From: Octopus sinensis | Lineage: Eukaryota | DNA: 64,000 nucleotides | Direction: 5' to 3' | Assembly: GCF_006345805.1 (NCBI RefSeq) | Contig: NW_021833251.1 | Coordinates: forward strand, 15,240-79,239 | Part shown: positions 12,020 to 25,495 of the stretch, in pieces | How the letters are laid out: every line of letters starts with the position of its first letter | Numbering within the stretch: position 1 is the first letter of the stretch | Notes under the pieces: generated by a model | The model's input: only the letters and a program-made list of their open reading frames with translations | What the model was told of the DNA's origin: nothing | Databases searched by the model: none | Position numbers and translations under genes: made by a program

Positions 12020-12557
12020 TGTATGTATGTATGTATGTATGTATGTGTGTGTGTGTGTGTTTGTATGCATGTACATTTGTAGGTATATTTATATACATAT
12101 ACACATGTGTATGTACATATATATATCTACATATATATATATACAGATATATATATAATGTATATATATATATGTGTATACATGTATATATATATACATA
12201 TTTGAATATATTTATATGTACATCTGTACACATACACACACAGATACACACATATACTATGTAATATATTTGCATAGATTCAATGTAAAGTTACACCTTT
12301 ATTCCTAGAAACTTTAAACTTCGAGAATAATTCCTGTGCGAAACTTATTGGATTGCCGAGTATCTATTTGAATTACAAAGTGAGACTCTTTGCAAGTGAT
12401 TAATGTTGCAATGTATAAATATATACATGTTTGTGTGTGTATGTATTATATAAGTATGTTCATATGTATATATATATAACATATATAGTTACATATATGT
12501 ACATACACATTTACATATATGTATATATATATATCAATATGTATGTGTATGTCTTTA

Positions 12558-12604
<47 letters not shown>

Positions 12605-12877
12605 TTATATATATTGCATGTATATAATATATAAACGCAGATATATGTATGTATGCACATACACACGGATATACACCTGGTAATACATACCCACTTTGCA
12701 TTCTTAGTTCCACATGAAAATAAAGACGAACAGACATATTGCTTCATATGTGTGTATATGTGTGTATATGTGTGTGTATATGTCTGAGATGGTGTACGTT
12801 TGTGTTCTTCAGTATGCGTAAACATGTATGTGTGTGTATCATTAAATGCTTTTCATTTTTGTGCATATGTTGAATTC

Positions 12878-12918
<41 letters not shown>

Positions 12919-15900
12919 ATATATATATATATATATATACACATCGTTTACCAAGTATGTATAAACGTGTGTATAGATTTCTGAAACCTGGCGAGATGAA
13001 TATAACCTCTTTTGGCCAAACAGAATATAAGACTGTCATTTGTAATTAGTTTTTACTGCTAGAAGACACGTGAAACGCGTTACCATAGAGGAGAAAAATT
13101 TGTTACTTCTCGTCTCTTATCGCTACTTTTGGCATTAGATTAACAATTACACTGACCGTTTCTTGTTTCAATGCCAGAGACGTGTTTATTTCTTTGGTAA
13201 GGTCTCCTATATCGATTTCTTACGCCAAAATGTTTATTAGAAGAAGCCAGTCGCTAGCCTCAAAGGGTATTAGATACATAGGTAATAAAGATAGTTTCGT
13301 TTAAAATAAGAAAATACGCAATATTCTATCGAATGAATATAGCTTAAGAAACAAGAAATAAGAAATAAGTTGGTGATGGGCGAGACATCCGGATTTGAAA
13401 CATAGCTCCGACACACGAAGTTGATCGAGTACATATATATATGTATATATATATATATATGTATGTATATGGGGAGTTGTGTGTGTGTGCATATATGTGT
13501 TTGTGCGTGTGAGTTTGTGTGTATTTGAGTATGCATCTAATAACGTATTTACTTATGATAGACATACCACCACGCAGACGAATATATATACATCTATATG
13601 TATCTATATCTATCTATCTAGCTAGCAATCCCCCTCTCTCTCTGTCTTTCTCTCTCTCTCCACCCCCACACACACACGCAAACACACATACGCGTACACA
13701 CACGCACACATACACACGCACATACACATATATATATACTTTATTAATTTATTAATAAAGCATATTACTCTACCTCTGGTATTCGAGTACTCTTTCTTCC
13801 ACCTTGTTTCGCATTTATGTGATTACTCTGGTATATATATATGATATATATGATATAAAATAAATTATTATTAAGACCGTTTCATTATTTTTTAGAATAC
13901 TCTCATCTGAATTCTCTAATGAAGGATTAAGGAATAACTAATCATTTTGATGAATAAATACATTTGAGCTAATTTAGTAATTGAGTCATTTGACTCTGCT
14001 TTGGCTATGAAGACGTACCATTAATTACATGTGTTTGTTTGAATGCGTTTGAACGTGTGTGTATGCGTGTGTATTTGTGTGTATGTATAATAGTGTATTT
14101 TGTTGATTTCGAGGCTTGAGCACCCAGTTGTTTAACAAACTGGGTGACTTACTTGTTACATCAGTTTCTAAAATGGCTTTTATCAGGACTTTAATGTCAA
14201 AGATTTCCTTCCAATGTTTTATATACAACTGAAGCTTATTCGGTGACAAGTCTTATATATGATGATGCCTGTCGATACGAGGTCCATCTTTTATATAAGT
14301 ATAACAAGGATATGGTGAGATAAGTATCATAGAGGAAAAGATTGATTGCCCTTTTCATGCCACCCTCTTAACAATCTTGAAATTGACGTCAAGCCTAGGA
14401 ATCGATGCAAGTATGCAGAGCATTCGACGATTCTCAAAAATTGCCACCGCATCGAGACTGGTCTTTTGTAAAACTATAAACGGCTTCATACACGTGCCTC
14501 CTGGAACAAGACTTAACGTCATTATACTGTTCTTCTGGCTTATCGTAAAACAAAAAGCGTTGCAGGGCAACTGGAGGTGGACTAGCTCTGAGTGAGTCTC
14601 AAGGTAACAATAGTCACATGCAATATATCATTAAAAATAACAAACGTACATCCACATATGCATATATATATATATGCATCTGTATGTTCACGTACATAAT
14701 AATGTCCTGATCAAGAAAAATAATGCTAATTAATTCATCAGCGTTCATCATGATTGTTTTTCAAGAAAAATGTCAAAGAAAACTAGAATATAAACTTATT
14801 AAAACTCAGACATTGATAAACAGTGAGGAGTGAGTCAAATATTTCGTATCTAAGTTGATAACTCGTACCTTATTTCTGTCTTATTCAGATCTTTTTAGAT
14901 AAACATTTTCTAAAACGCACTTATCAAGCCATAGAACGACTAAGTGGATAACTCTTTTATGAGCTAATTATCCTTCAATTTGCCAATCTAAAACAGATAT
15001 GCGACATTTACTGCCAAAATTAAGAGTATTCAAGAGAATTTTTGAAGATTATTAGTCTTGAATGGGAAGTCCACGTATTCATATTGGAAGCAGATCTTGT
15101 CAGTTCTATGTTTCGGACAACAAGGGAATTACAATATAAGGTCGACCATAATTGAGTTTTGTCTGCGAGAAATAGTAATGTGCACTGGCTGTGCCCCAGC
15201 ATGGCCGCAGCCTTTCACTTGAAACACGTAAAGGAATAAAAGAATATATTACTGTCATACGGAAGGTAGAGCAGTGATACAGAACAAGCTCTGTTTCAAA
15301 CACTTTGAAATGTTGTTTACTATTAAGACACTGTAACATAAAAGCGATGCGCCTACAAAATAATCATTGCAGAAAGGTTGTATATTCCAAAAATGAAAGT
15401 ATGTAAAAGATAATTCGAAACTGAATGATATCCTTCGTCAATATTTGTGGAAAGGTTTCACTGTGTTCTGAATCAGAAACCGATTCATAGATAGGTTTAT
15501 GTATGAGACTGCGGTTAATGGATTTCCAGAGGAAGCACTGAGTATACAAAGATGGTTAGAAAATGCATTCAGTGTGTAAAGAGAAGAAGAAGAAGATTAA
15601 TATCATCTGGTGGGATTTATCTAATAGTTGAGACTTTGTTGCTCATAACTTTCAGAAATTTGCACGAAGGTTGCTCAGGGTTCCTAAGTTGGTCAGAAAT
15701 ATGTAGTGGAACCACAATGGGCAGATCAATGTGAGGCAATCAATGTACTCGTACACCACGGAAGGGGTGTCCCAGCAAAGAAAACTCCTTTACTGACGGC
15801 AGGTTTTGCAGGATTACGTTTGATGAATTCTGGAGCGAATTGTTGGATTATCATTTTGTCTTTGGCATAGTCACTAAAATATATATCACTGCGTACTATA

Positions 15901-15930
15901 CTATATATATATACTATATACTATATATAT

Positions 15931-15970
<40 letters not shown>

Positions 15971-16064
15971 CTATATATATATATACTATGTATATTGTGC
16001 GTGTGTGTATGTGTATGTTTATCGAGCCTTGGAAAATATCCTGTTTTAGGATGGAATGTGGTAG

Positions 16065-16134
<70 letters not shown>

Positions 16135-16244
16135 ACGACGGGGTTGGAGCAAGCGGAAGAGGAGGTAGTGAAAAGAATATGAAGACTGTAAAGACTGAAT
16201 GCAATCTCTTCTCTATCTTACTGGCACTCACATTACCATTTATC

Positions 16245-16294
<50 letters not shown>

Positions 16295-16988
16295 CTCCCA
16301 GCCTACCATTTCTCTCACTTTCCCTCAATCTCTCTTTGTTTGTTGGGAACTGTCAAACAAGGAATGCAATGTAAATCTTTCTTCCATTGTGAAATTAGTC
16401 TTCAAATCGTAAAATCTAAACGTTAATTCACTCTAGAGTTTTTGTTGTTGTTTTTGTATCCAAAAATCCTTTTTTTTTAATTACTTTTTTTTCCATGTAT
16501 TCTTTTAATTTTCTTTGCTGTTCTTTTGTTTTTTAAATTTTCATCAAGATAAACATTTGAAGAAAAAAAAATCAGATTTAGCTTTTGACCTCCGCCATCG
16601 ATCTCTTTATCGATAATCATTGTATGAGGAGTAAACCAAATATAATTTAGGGATTTTTAGAAAATTACTTTAAAATAATCCGGTTATTTATTTATGTGTG
16701 TGTGTGTGTTCATATTTATAAAATACATGCACATATAGGCATACACACACATATATATATATACATATCATACATACATATATATATATATATGATATAT
16801 ATATATATATATACACACAGACACTCACATATATATACACACATATATTGTTGTATGTATGTATAGAAGATTTTATGTGTGTGTGTCACTCTGCTATGTG
16901 TATGTATAAACATGTATGAATGCACGTGTATATGTATGTTTTTGCATGACCTTTTTCGAGTATATTTGTGTGAATGCATATACATATA

Positions 16989-17042
<54 letters not shown>

Positions 17043-17094
17043 AAATACATTTCCGTACATAGATACATAGACACATACAGACTGATACGTGCAC

Positions 17095-17148
<54 letters not shown>

Positions 17149-17150
17149 GC

Positions 17151-17184
<34 letters not shown>

Positions 17185-17983
17185 TTCTATCTAATATATG
17201 TGTGCACGTGTGTATTATGAGTGTGTTAGCGCGTGTGTCTCTTGGTGTATGTTTGTACTTACATGAATGAACAATCTCTGTACGCTTGTGTGTTTCAGTG
17301 AATAAAATATTAGTCACAGCACCTAGTTGAATTGTGAAAATATTTTCTCGTGTAGAAAAACAAAATGCATTCTTTGGACAGAATCTATAATGGAATTGTA
17401 TTCTCTACAAATGAAGTTACTATGTTGTTTATTCTTAATAGTAGCATGTCACGTGATATTTCCTGTGGAGATTTATTTAACAATGATTCCTAAATTTGAC
17501 CAAATTTTGACCAAATTTATTATTTGCTGCCGTTGTTGTGAGTATTGTTATTTGCCATTTTGGGGTTTATTTTTTGATGTTTTTTATTTTGCTCTTCCTT
17601 TTGTTGAGTTTTCATTATTTTCTTAGTTTCTTTTATATTTGTTGTTTATTTTTGGTTCGATTTGTTAGTATTATTCTCTATGTGGGTGGAAGTCTTTGTC
17701 TTCTTTTTTTTTTTTCATTTCTATATTTCTATATAGTGAGATGGCAATTGTGTTTGTTACTTGACATTCATAAAGTTCCTTGAACTGAGAACTAAATGAT
17801 CGAATTATCGATTATACCGAGTACATTGTATTATTAATTTTCAACGAGGAACCAATCATTTTTTAGTTATATGAGCAATAATTACTTCTGAATTTGCCCC
17901 AAAGACACAAATCAGATCGAAGAGAATTTATCAATTTAACGAACCTCAATGCTTAACACTTCCCCGCCCTCGTACTTATTTGA

Positions 17984-18301
17984 TCGGGCTGACCAAAGCC
18001 CTGTGAGTGGATTTGGTAGACGGAAACTGAAAGAAGCCCGTCGTATATATGTATATATATATATGTATATATATATATGTGTATGTATATGTTTGTGTGT
18101 CTATATTTGTCCCCCCCAACATCGCTTGTCAACCGATGCTAGTGTTTTTACGCCCCCGTAACTTAGCGGTTCGGTAAAAGAGAACGATAGAATAAGTACT
18201 AGGCTTACAAAGAATAAGATCTGAGGTCGATTTGCTCGACTAAAGGCGGTACTCCAGCATGGCCACAGTCAAATGACTGAAACAAGTAAAAGAGTAAAAG
18301 A
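17984..18301 (+). mobile_element. SINE family A, 5'-truncated
   Basis: gtgagtggatttggtagacggaaactgaaagaagcccgtcg...ccagcatggccacagtcaaatgactgaaacaagtaaaagag. Confidence 0.9.
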
Positions 18302-18383
18302 GAGAGAGAGATCGGCTGGGCAGGTTTTAAGCAAGAATGACTGCAACAGCAAAAACAACAGCAGCAACAACAACAGCAGCAGT

Positions 18384-18760
18384 GGAGGCGCAATAGCCCA
18401 GTGGTTAGGGCAGCGGACTCGCGGTCGGAGGATCGCGGCTTCGATTCCCAGACCGCGCGTTGTGTGTGTTTATTGAGCGAAGACACCTAAAGCTCCACGA
18501 GGCTCCGGCAGGGGGTGGTGGCGACCCCTGTTGTACTCTTTCGCCCCAACTTTCTCTCACTCTTTCTTCCTGTTTCTTGTCCCCGACTTCCTACGCCACC
18601 GCTGAGCCTGGATGTGCATTCATCCATCCGTCGATGCTCTCGGTGTCGGGGGTTGACCTGCGTTCCCTTCTGCGGGTCTTACGAATAGCAAAGGACCACG
18701 TTTCGGACTTCTCCCACTATCTAGGACGAAGACCGCTTTGCTAAACACACAAACAAACAA
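18384..18760 (+). mobile_element. SINE family C (tRNA-like head), tail type 1
   Basis: ggcgcaatagcccagtggttagggcagcggactcgcggtcggaggatcgcggcttcgattccc contains A and B boxes. The GC-rich tail ends in (aaac)n. Confidence 0.8.
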
Positions 18761-18961
18761 ACAGCAGCAGCAATGATCGTAATATGCTGATGAGGGTTGC
18801 TTTGTGATAGAATACATAATACATCTTCATCAAAATATAGACATACAATTTCCGAAAAATAGATAAAAATCAGGAGGTTCACAGCTAGATCATCATTCAC
18901 TATTTGTCTATTGAACTAGCGCTGAGGTGGTACGAAAAAATAATAAAACCTCAATGCAATT

Positions 18962-18994
<33 letters not shown>

Positions 18995-19196
18995 TAGTAG
19001 TAGTAGTAGGGGAGGAGGACAGCAGCAGCTTCGTTTTACAAAATGTATGTCATTGAATAAGTCCGAAATAAAATAGATTTCGTGAGATAATAGTTTTCTT
19101 TTATATTTAGAATTTTCTTACAAAAGAAGTGATTTGGAAATCTTGTTGAGAAAAGCAACTATGAAGACTTTTAACTAGAACTGATACAAATATATA

Positions 19197-19250
<54 letters not shown>

Positions 19251-19319
19251 TATATATATATGTATGTATATATAGATATGTATATATATATATGTTATAT
19301 ATATATATTATATATATAT

Positions 19320-19367
<48 letters not shown>

Positions 19368-19717
19368 ATCTAATTTTTTTTCTTTTACTACGTCTCTTAT
19401 GGATCAATGTATAGTTTCTATCTCCGCTGTTCGTATCTTATTACAAACCCAGCACCTCTTTTTATCTAACTGAGGTCGTACTGTTTTGTCTCTAATCAAA
19501 AAGAATACATCTGGGCCCGAACAAGGGGTGGTGAATATGTTTCGAATGCTTTTGATCAAAGCTGTTGCATGATCAGTTTTCTTTTAGGCTAAACAATAGT
19601 AACAAAAATAATTTTTCCTTCAACAACATTTCACATGAAATATTCAGTACTAAATGCCTCATACTTTAGTACGCTGCAAATGTAGGTCCCACATCCCCAC
19701 CCCACAAGTGACTATCT

Positions 19718-19945
19718 GGTTAAAGCACGTAAAGTAAAGCCGCTTGATAAAGATTTTTCCCTGAATTCCGCTGTGCAAGCGCACCAAGTCTTAACGTTGT
19801 AGCTCAGTTTCTTTGTTTACAGCAATGCTTGGAAGGAACAAGTGTAACATGTGATCGTCGCATTGATCATGACAGAGAAAAGCGAGCAGAGAATGGGCAT
19901 CAAATTTACCCAAAGGCTTGGCGATACTTGCTCAGAGGCCTACGC
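19718..19945 (+). mobile_element. Mariner 5' fragment
   Basis: atgacagagaaaagcgagcagagaatgggcatcaaattt = MTEKSEQRMGIKF, a mariner-type start. The upstream region is the inverted homolog of 20352-20515. Confidence 0.65.
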
Positions 19946-19949
19946 CAAG

Positions 19950-20515
19950 TTTTCAAAACGTTTGCATTTTTCTCGACACTGTCAACATCTTGTGTAACTG
20001 AAACCCGACTGTCTTTTTGGTCAGCTGAAAGTGGTTTTCGCACAAACTTGGCAGACACGCGTCTCATACCCAAATCTTCAGTGATGATAAACTGAACTGT
20101 AACTATTCTGCACATCCTCTGATAACTCACGGATGGTGATTCGACGATTTCCTCTCACATTTGCACGCATATCCGCGATTTCCTTTCTCACTTCTACTGG
20201 TTGCGGGTCTCCAAGAACGTTCGTCAACATCGACATTTTTTCGGCCAATTTGGAAACGTCTGTAACAATCATACGCTCGTGTGCGGCTCATACACTCCGC
20301 TCCATATACTCTCTGCAATTTTGCGTGGTCTCTGGGCAGGTATCACCATGACAACTTTCTGTCATGATCGATGTGGCGATCACATGCTACACACCTTCCT
20401 TCGAAGCACTGCTGCAAACAGCGGAAGTAAGCTAGAATGTTAAAACTTAGTGTGCATGCACAGCAGAATTTGAAGTTAATCTCTGCCAAGCAGCTTTGCT
20501 CTGTGTGCTTTAACT
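19950..20515 (-). mobile_element. Mariner transposase relic (HTH region)
   Basis: Frameshifted peptides QRVYGAECMSRTRAYDCYRRFQIGRKNVDVDERSWRPATS / NVRGNRRITIRELSEDV / EDLGMRRVSAKFVRKPLSADQK. Confidence 0.85.
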
Positions 20516-20591
20516 TCTTTACTATGGCAACAGTCCATATACATATTGATCAGACCCCGTATACACACACACACACACACACATGTATATG

Positions 20592-20686
<95 letters not shown>

Positions 20687-20798
20687 TCAACCGTGACTGA
20701 CCAGGCTATCAGATTTGCTGCACATCGCTGGTCACAATGTGCTTCGCATTGGCTTTAGCTTTCAAATGACGCCACCCCGCTTGCTAAGCGAGCAGGCC

Positions 20799-20833
<35 letters not shown>

Positions 20834-21344
20834 ATATATATATGCGCATGTATGTATGTGTGTAGACGAGACGAGTTTTTTCTAGTTTCCTTCTGTCAAA
20901 TCTATTCACAAATCTCTGGCGGCCCAGGGCTACAGTAGAAGACACTTGCCCAAAGTACCGTACAATGAGATGGAACCCAAGACCACAAGACTCGTAAAGA
21001 AGCCTCTCACCACAGAGCCATCAATGTTATACTTTCTCTTTCTTATCCCCTTACTCCTATTTGTAAAGACAGCGGATGCTGGCAAATCTCTTCTCTGCAC
21101 GGCACCGATATTGTTCCAGAAAATCTCTACTTAAGGACCGCTCATAATGATTGTCATCAGAACGCAAAGGGCTAGAAGAGGTACTTGGTAGCTTGTTCTT
21201 AAAGTTCCGCTAATCTACCGGATCGGCACGGTTGGATCAATCACTTTTGACCATATGTCTGGTAGATCACAAATGATGTAAGTAGAAACAATAAGAAATA
21301 AGATAGTTAAGGCAACGGTAACACTTTCACAAGTAACAGCAGCT

Positions 21345-21450
21345 ATATAGCAGTAGCAGTAGTGGTAGTGGCAGCAGCAACAGTGGCAGTGCCTGCAGCG
21401 GCAGCTTTAGAACCAGCAGCAGCAACGGTAGCAGCAACAGCAGCAGCAGC

Positions 21451-21494
<44 letters not shown>

Positions 21495-21745
21495 GAGGAG
21501 TAGGAGGAGCGGAAGGAGTCGTAGTAGTATGAGGAGGAGAAGGAGGATGGGAGGAGGAGGCGGAAGGAGAAGGGCGGAGGAAGAGGGGAAGGGGAGGGGA
21601 GGAGGAGAAGAAGGGTATGGATGAGAAGGAGAAGGATAGGGGGAGCAGAGGGAGGAAGTTTAGTGAAAGGATTAGGCTGATGATGATGACGAGGATGAGG
21701 AAGAGGGGTACTAGGAGGATTAGGAGGAGGAGGAGGAGGAAAAGG
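21345..21745. repeat. (GCA)n-(GTA)n-(GGA)n purine-rich low-complexity tract
   Basis: Direct reading. Confidence 0.9.
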
Positions 21746-22036
21746 ATAAGATCAGATGGAGGAGTTATATTTATATATATATATTATATATATATGTGTG
21801 TGTGTGTGTGTGTGCGTGTGCTAGCTAGTAGAATTGCTTTCATTTATAGCATTCATAATTTCCCCTACCCCACATGCATTTCAATTTTGCAATCCATTTT
21901 AACAATCTACCAATCTTATAATCTTCTTTCATTCCATTCTTTCTATAATCTGTTCTTCGTAATCAACTCTAGTAAATTTCTAAGCCACCTATCGTTTCTC
22001 CAGAACTGACAATTTCAAAAATATATTCGCATAATC

Positions 22037-22071
<35 letters not shown>

Positions 22072-22124
22072 ATATAACATATATAGATATCATATATAGA
22101 TATATATATATACATATTATATAG

Positions 22125-22164
<40 letters not shown>

Positions 22165-22489
22165 TGTATGTATGTAAGAATGGATGTATGATAAAGAAAA
22201 CTACGGATATACTTATAATATAGAAATATTAATCTCTATGTCCATTATTTATTGAGCCGATAGTCTTATGATTGATTCTCTTGTAATCCGTTGATCTTAG
22301 GATCATTTAATTTATTCTTTTAATCTCTCAATATCAAATATTTGTAATCCATTCTCTAAGTCAATCAACTTTATAATTATTCATCATCGTCGTCGTCAGG
22401 ACCCCCGATGAAACTAATACGTCTTCATCTTCCTGTATCCTTTGTATTTATAATATTAATATACATACATCTCCATGGAATGTAATACT

Positions 22490-23195
22490 CTTAGCTTATT
22501 TTTCCTTGGGGCTGGCCAGATTGGAGCAATCTCGAGTATAACCAGCCAAAATTGCAAAGATAGTCTGGAACTCGACTGAGGATACAAAACTCCTAATGAT
22601 CCGTCCTTGTTTTCCTTGTATCGTCTGCCTGGATATTTTGTCTTCCTTTTTTTGTTTCACCAAACTGTTTGGATGTTTTGCGTTCTTGCCCCATTTTTGT
22701 ATTTTTTATATATAAAATATAGTGGCGTACTTACACTCTGCTCTCTTATATATAAGTATATATATCTAAATTTTGTACAATATATGTGTTGTTCTTTGTA
22801 TTCTTTCATTCTTTCCTTCTTTCTTTCAGCCCTTTCACACTTCGTTCATTCCACTCCTCGTTCTTTCGTTTCCCCTCTCTCACATTTCCTGGCCTTCACT
22901 TCATGCTCAATTTCCCTCTTTCACTTCATTGTGTCTTTAATTTTTTCTCGCTCCTACTTAATTCTTCCATCCTTCTGCCTCTACTACCTCTACTACCTCT
23001 ATGTCTTCTCTCTCCATGTGGCCGGTGTTCGGCCAGGCCTGACCTTTCTTTCTTGGTTGGACTACTGTTGTTTTGCGTTCTTGTCCCATTTTGTATTATT
23101 TATATATCAGATGGTTAACAGGGATATATTATCCTAGTGGGTAATGTGCTCGCACTTACTGGTTTGCAGCGGAAACGCGCGTAGGTTCTGACAAA
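22490..23195 (+). mobile_element. Probable PLE-tail-like repeat relic
   Basis: Internal direct repeat gttttgcgttcttg(c/t)cccattt(t)tgtatt at about 22675 and 23070, a pyrimidine-rich body, and GAAA-CGCGCGT-A (palindromic stem III-like) at about 23172-23183. Confidence 0.35.
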
Positions 23196-23639
23196 AAAGA
23201 TGTGATCAAATGTATAACAAAACTTGAATCCTGTAAATCTCTGTTCTCCTGTGCATATTTGTGCATACTTATATATAGATGACAAGCTTCTTTCAGTTTC
23301 CATCTACCAAATACACTCAGAAGGCACTGTCCGCCCCAGGCTATCGATTCATCACATCAAGTACTGTTACCTGCACACACGGGTTGACTAACTGATATCT
23401 TGTAATTTTTTTTTTTGTGTAATTTGGTGAATGAAGAGTGATATCAGTGGCCATTTAAAGGCCATCTTCGAATGACGGGCGGCCAGGAGGAACGAACCAT
23501 GGCTCACAGATTGCTACAGAAAAAGCCAGCATATCAGAACATCTGTTTATCATCAGATCATAAGACCTCATCCGACTGTAAACATCAGAGATCTTTTGGT
23601 TAAAGATGCCAGAGGGTCAAGTGTTTTTGTTAAAGTGGT

Positions 23640-23965
23640 CTACTTATTAAGGTTGTGTGGACAACAAGCTCGCTTTACAACCGTGTGGTCTCTGTTTTAA
23701 TTGTACTGCATTTCACCTTTTGCAAGTGCCTTGTTCTATAGCCTCAGGCCGACCAATGCCTTGGGAGCGAATTTAATTGAAGGAAACTGTGTTGAAGGCT
23801 GTAGTATATGTGAATGTGATGTGTATATATGTATGTGTGCGTTTTGTGTTTGTGTTTGTTCCACTCACCACTTGACAAATGCTGTTGATTTGTTATCGTC
23901 CTTGTATCTTAGAAGTTCACGGTCCAGCAAACAAGATCAATAGAATAAGCATATGACTTCAAAAA
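23640..23965 (+). mobile_element. SINE family A, old degenerate copy
   Basis: gcaagtgccttgttctatagcctcaggccgaccaatgccttgggagcgaatttaattgaaggaaactg...cttgacaaatgctgttgatttg. Confidence 0.6.
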
Positions 23966-24425
23966 TAAAATAAATACTGCGGTCAATCTGTCCGACGAAG
24001 ACGCTTCAAAGGGCACCCTAACACTTCTACTGTAGAATTACTGAAGTATGTAAAAGAGAAATGATTAAATGTATCACATAGTAACCTCCTACAATCAATT
24101 CGACGAGCATTCATACCGTTTCTGACTGTTACACAATTTCGCCCTCAAGACCCAGGTTACTCGAAACTAAAGTAGATTCCTAACTCAGGTGCTTCAATGT
24201 AAGCTTGAACCTAAGCGCAAATCTAAAGCCAATGTTTTAACCATACGGTAGCCAAAGCTGCACTAAAATCGTTAGAAAACACTGCAATGCTAGATACTAA
24301 TTGTCGATATCTATTAACTGATAGCGTTGTTGCCAACCAATTGTTCCCAAATTCAAGGTCTCAATTTGCTGATAGAACCAGACTTACTACTTTATGTAAT
24401 TAATGGGACAAGAAGATTATATCAA

Positions 24426-24841
24426 AAGGCGGCGAGCTGGCAGAAACGTTAGCTCACCGGGCGAAATGCTTAGCATCATTTCGTCTGCTGTTACGTTCTG
24501 AGTTCAAATTCCGCCGAGGTCGACTTTGCCTTTCATCCATTCGACGTCGATAACTTAAGTACCAATTACGCACTGGGTTCGATGTAATCGACTTAATCCG
24601 TTTGTCTGTCCTTGTTTGTCCCCTCTATGTTTAGCCCCTTGTGGGTAATAAAGGAACTGGTATTTCGTCTGCAGTTACGTTCTGAGTTCAAATTCCGCCG
24701 AGGTCGACTTTGCCTTTCATCCATTCGACGTCGATAAATTAAGTACCAGTTACGCACTGGGTTCGATGTAATCGACTTAATCCGTTTGTCTGTCCTTGTT
24801 TGTCCCCTCTGTGTTTAGCCCCTTGTGAGCAATAAAGAAAT
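24426..24841 (+). mobile_element. Dimeric SINE family B with 16-bp TSD
   Basis: A headed unit (24426-24659) is followed by a headless unit (24660-24841). Perfect flanking repeat aagaagattatatcaa at 24410-24425 and 24842-24857. Confidence 0.92.
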
Positions 24842-25365
24842 AAGAAGATTATATCAACTCTAGTACTTGATACTACTTTATTCTCTTCGCTCCCGAAAGA
24901 ACGACAAGCAAATTGACTTCAGTGGGTTTTGAACTCAGGATATAAATCTGGAGGAAATACCACTAAGTATTTCGTCCAATGTGCTAACGATTTTGTCAGC
25001 TCGAGGTGTGGAGTACTAAATTTAAATATTTGACGACACCTTCGTATTGCCCAGAGATATTCTACGTCCAAGTAATTTTCTAACGTTCACGTTTTCATAC
25101 TGATAATATCACTGATAAATTTGAGATGGTTACCACGATATTGTAATGTTTAATGCCAGTTGGCCTCTTAAGAATTTAACCTCCGAGAACATAATTTTGT
25201 TTTAAATAGTGAATCTGGAAAAACATTAAAGCTATAAAAATAAGATGTAAATATTGGTTTTAAAACGCTTTGGATACAAAAAGACGAAGGCTCTGTGGGA
25301 CCAGTATCTTACTAATGACAAATATAGAATACAATTGATATCAATATCATACGATATGAAAAAGT

Positions 25366-25495
25366 GGCCAGCAGGCAGAATCGTTAGCAAGCTGCATGAA
25401 ATGCTTTGCGGATTTCGTCTGTCTCTACGCCTTGCGAGGTCGACTTTGCCGTTCATCCTTTCGGAGATGATGAAGTAAGTACCAGTTGCGCACTC
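25366..25495 (+). mobile_element. SINE family B fragment
   Basis: gcaggcagaatcgttagc...gcgaggtcgactttgccgttcatcctttcgg...aagtaccagttgcgcact. Confidence 0.75.

Noticed and set aside
13055-13090. GAAACGCGTT with a palindromic stem III look
   Set aside because: The upstream core (ctagaaga) and stem II do not fit; at most it is an unprovable relic.
14355-14595. Overlapping ORFs of about 70 aa in non-repetitive sequence
   Set aside because: No recognisable motif or convincing splice pair; the length is within chance expectation.
18384-18460. tRNA-like sequence (also 32290-32366 and 1652-1710)
   Set aside because: These are SINE heads: there is no complete acceptor stem and they continue into the SINE body.
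24426-24857. Tandem repeats as a possible CRISPR array
   Set aside because: These are eukaryotic SINE units with no repeat-spacer architecture and no cas genes.
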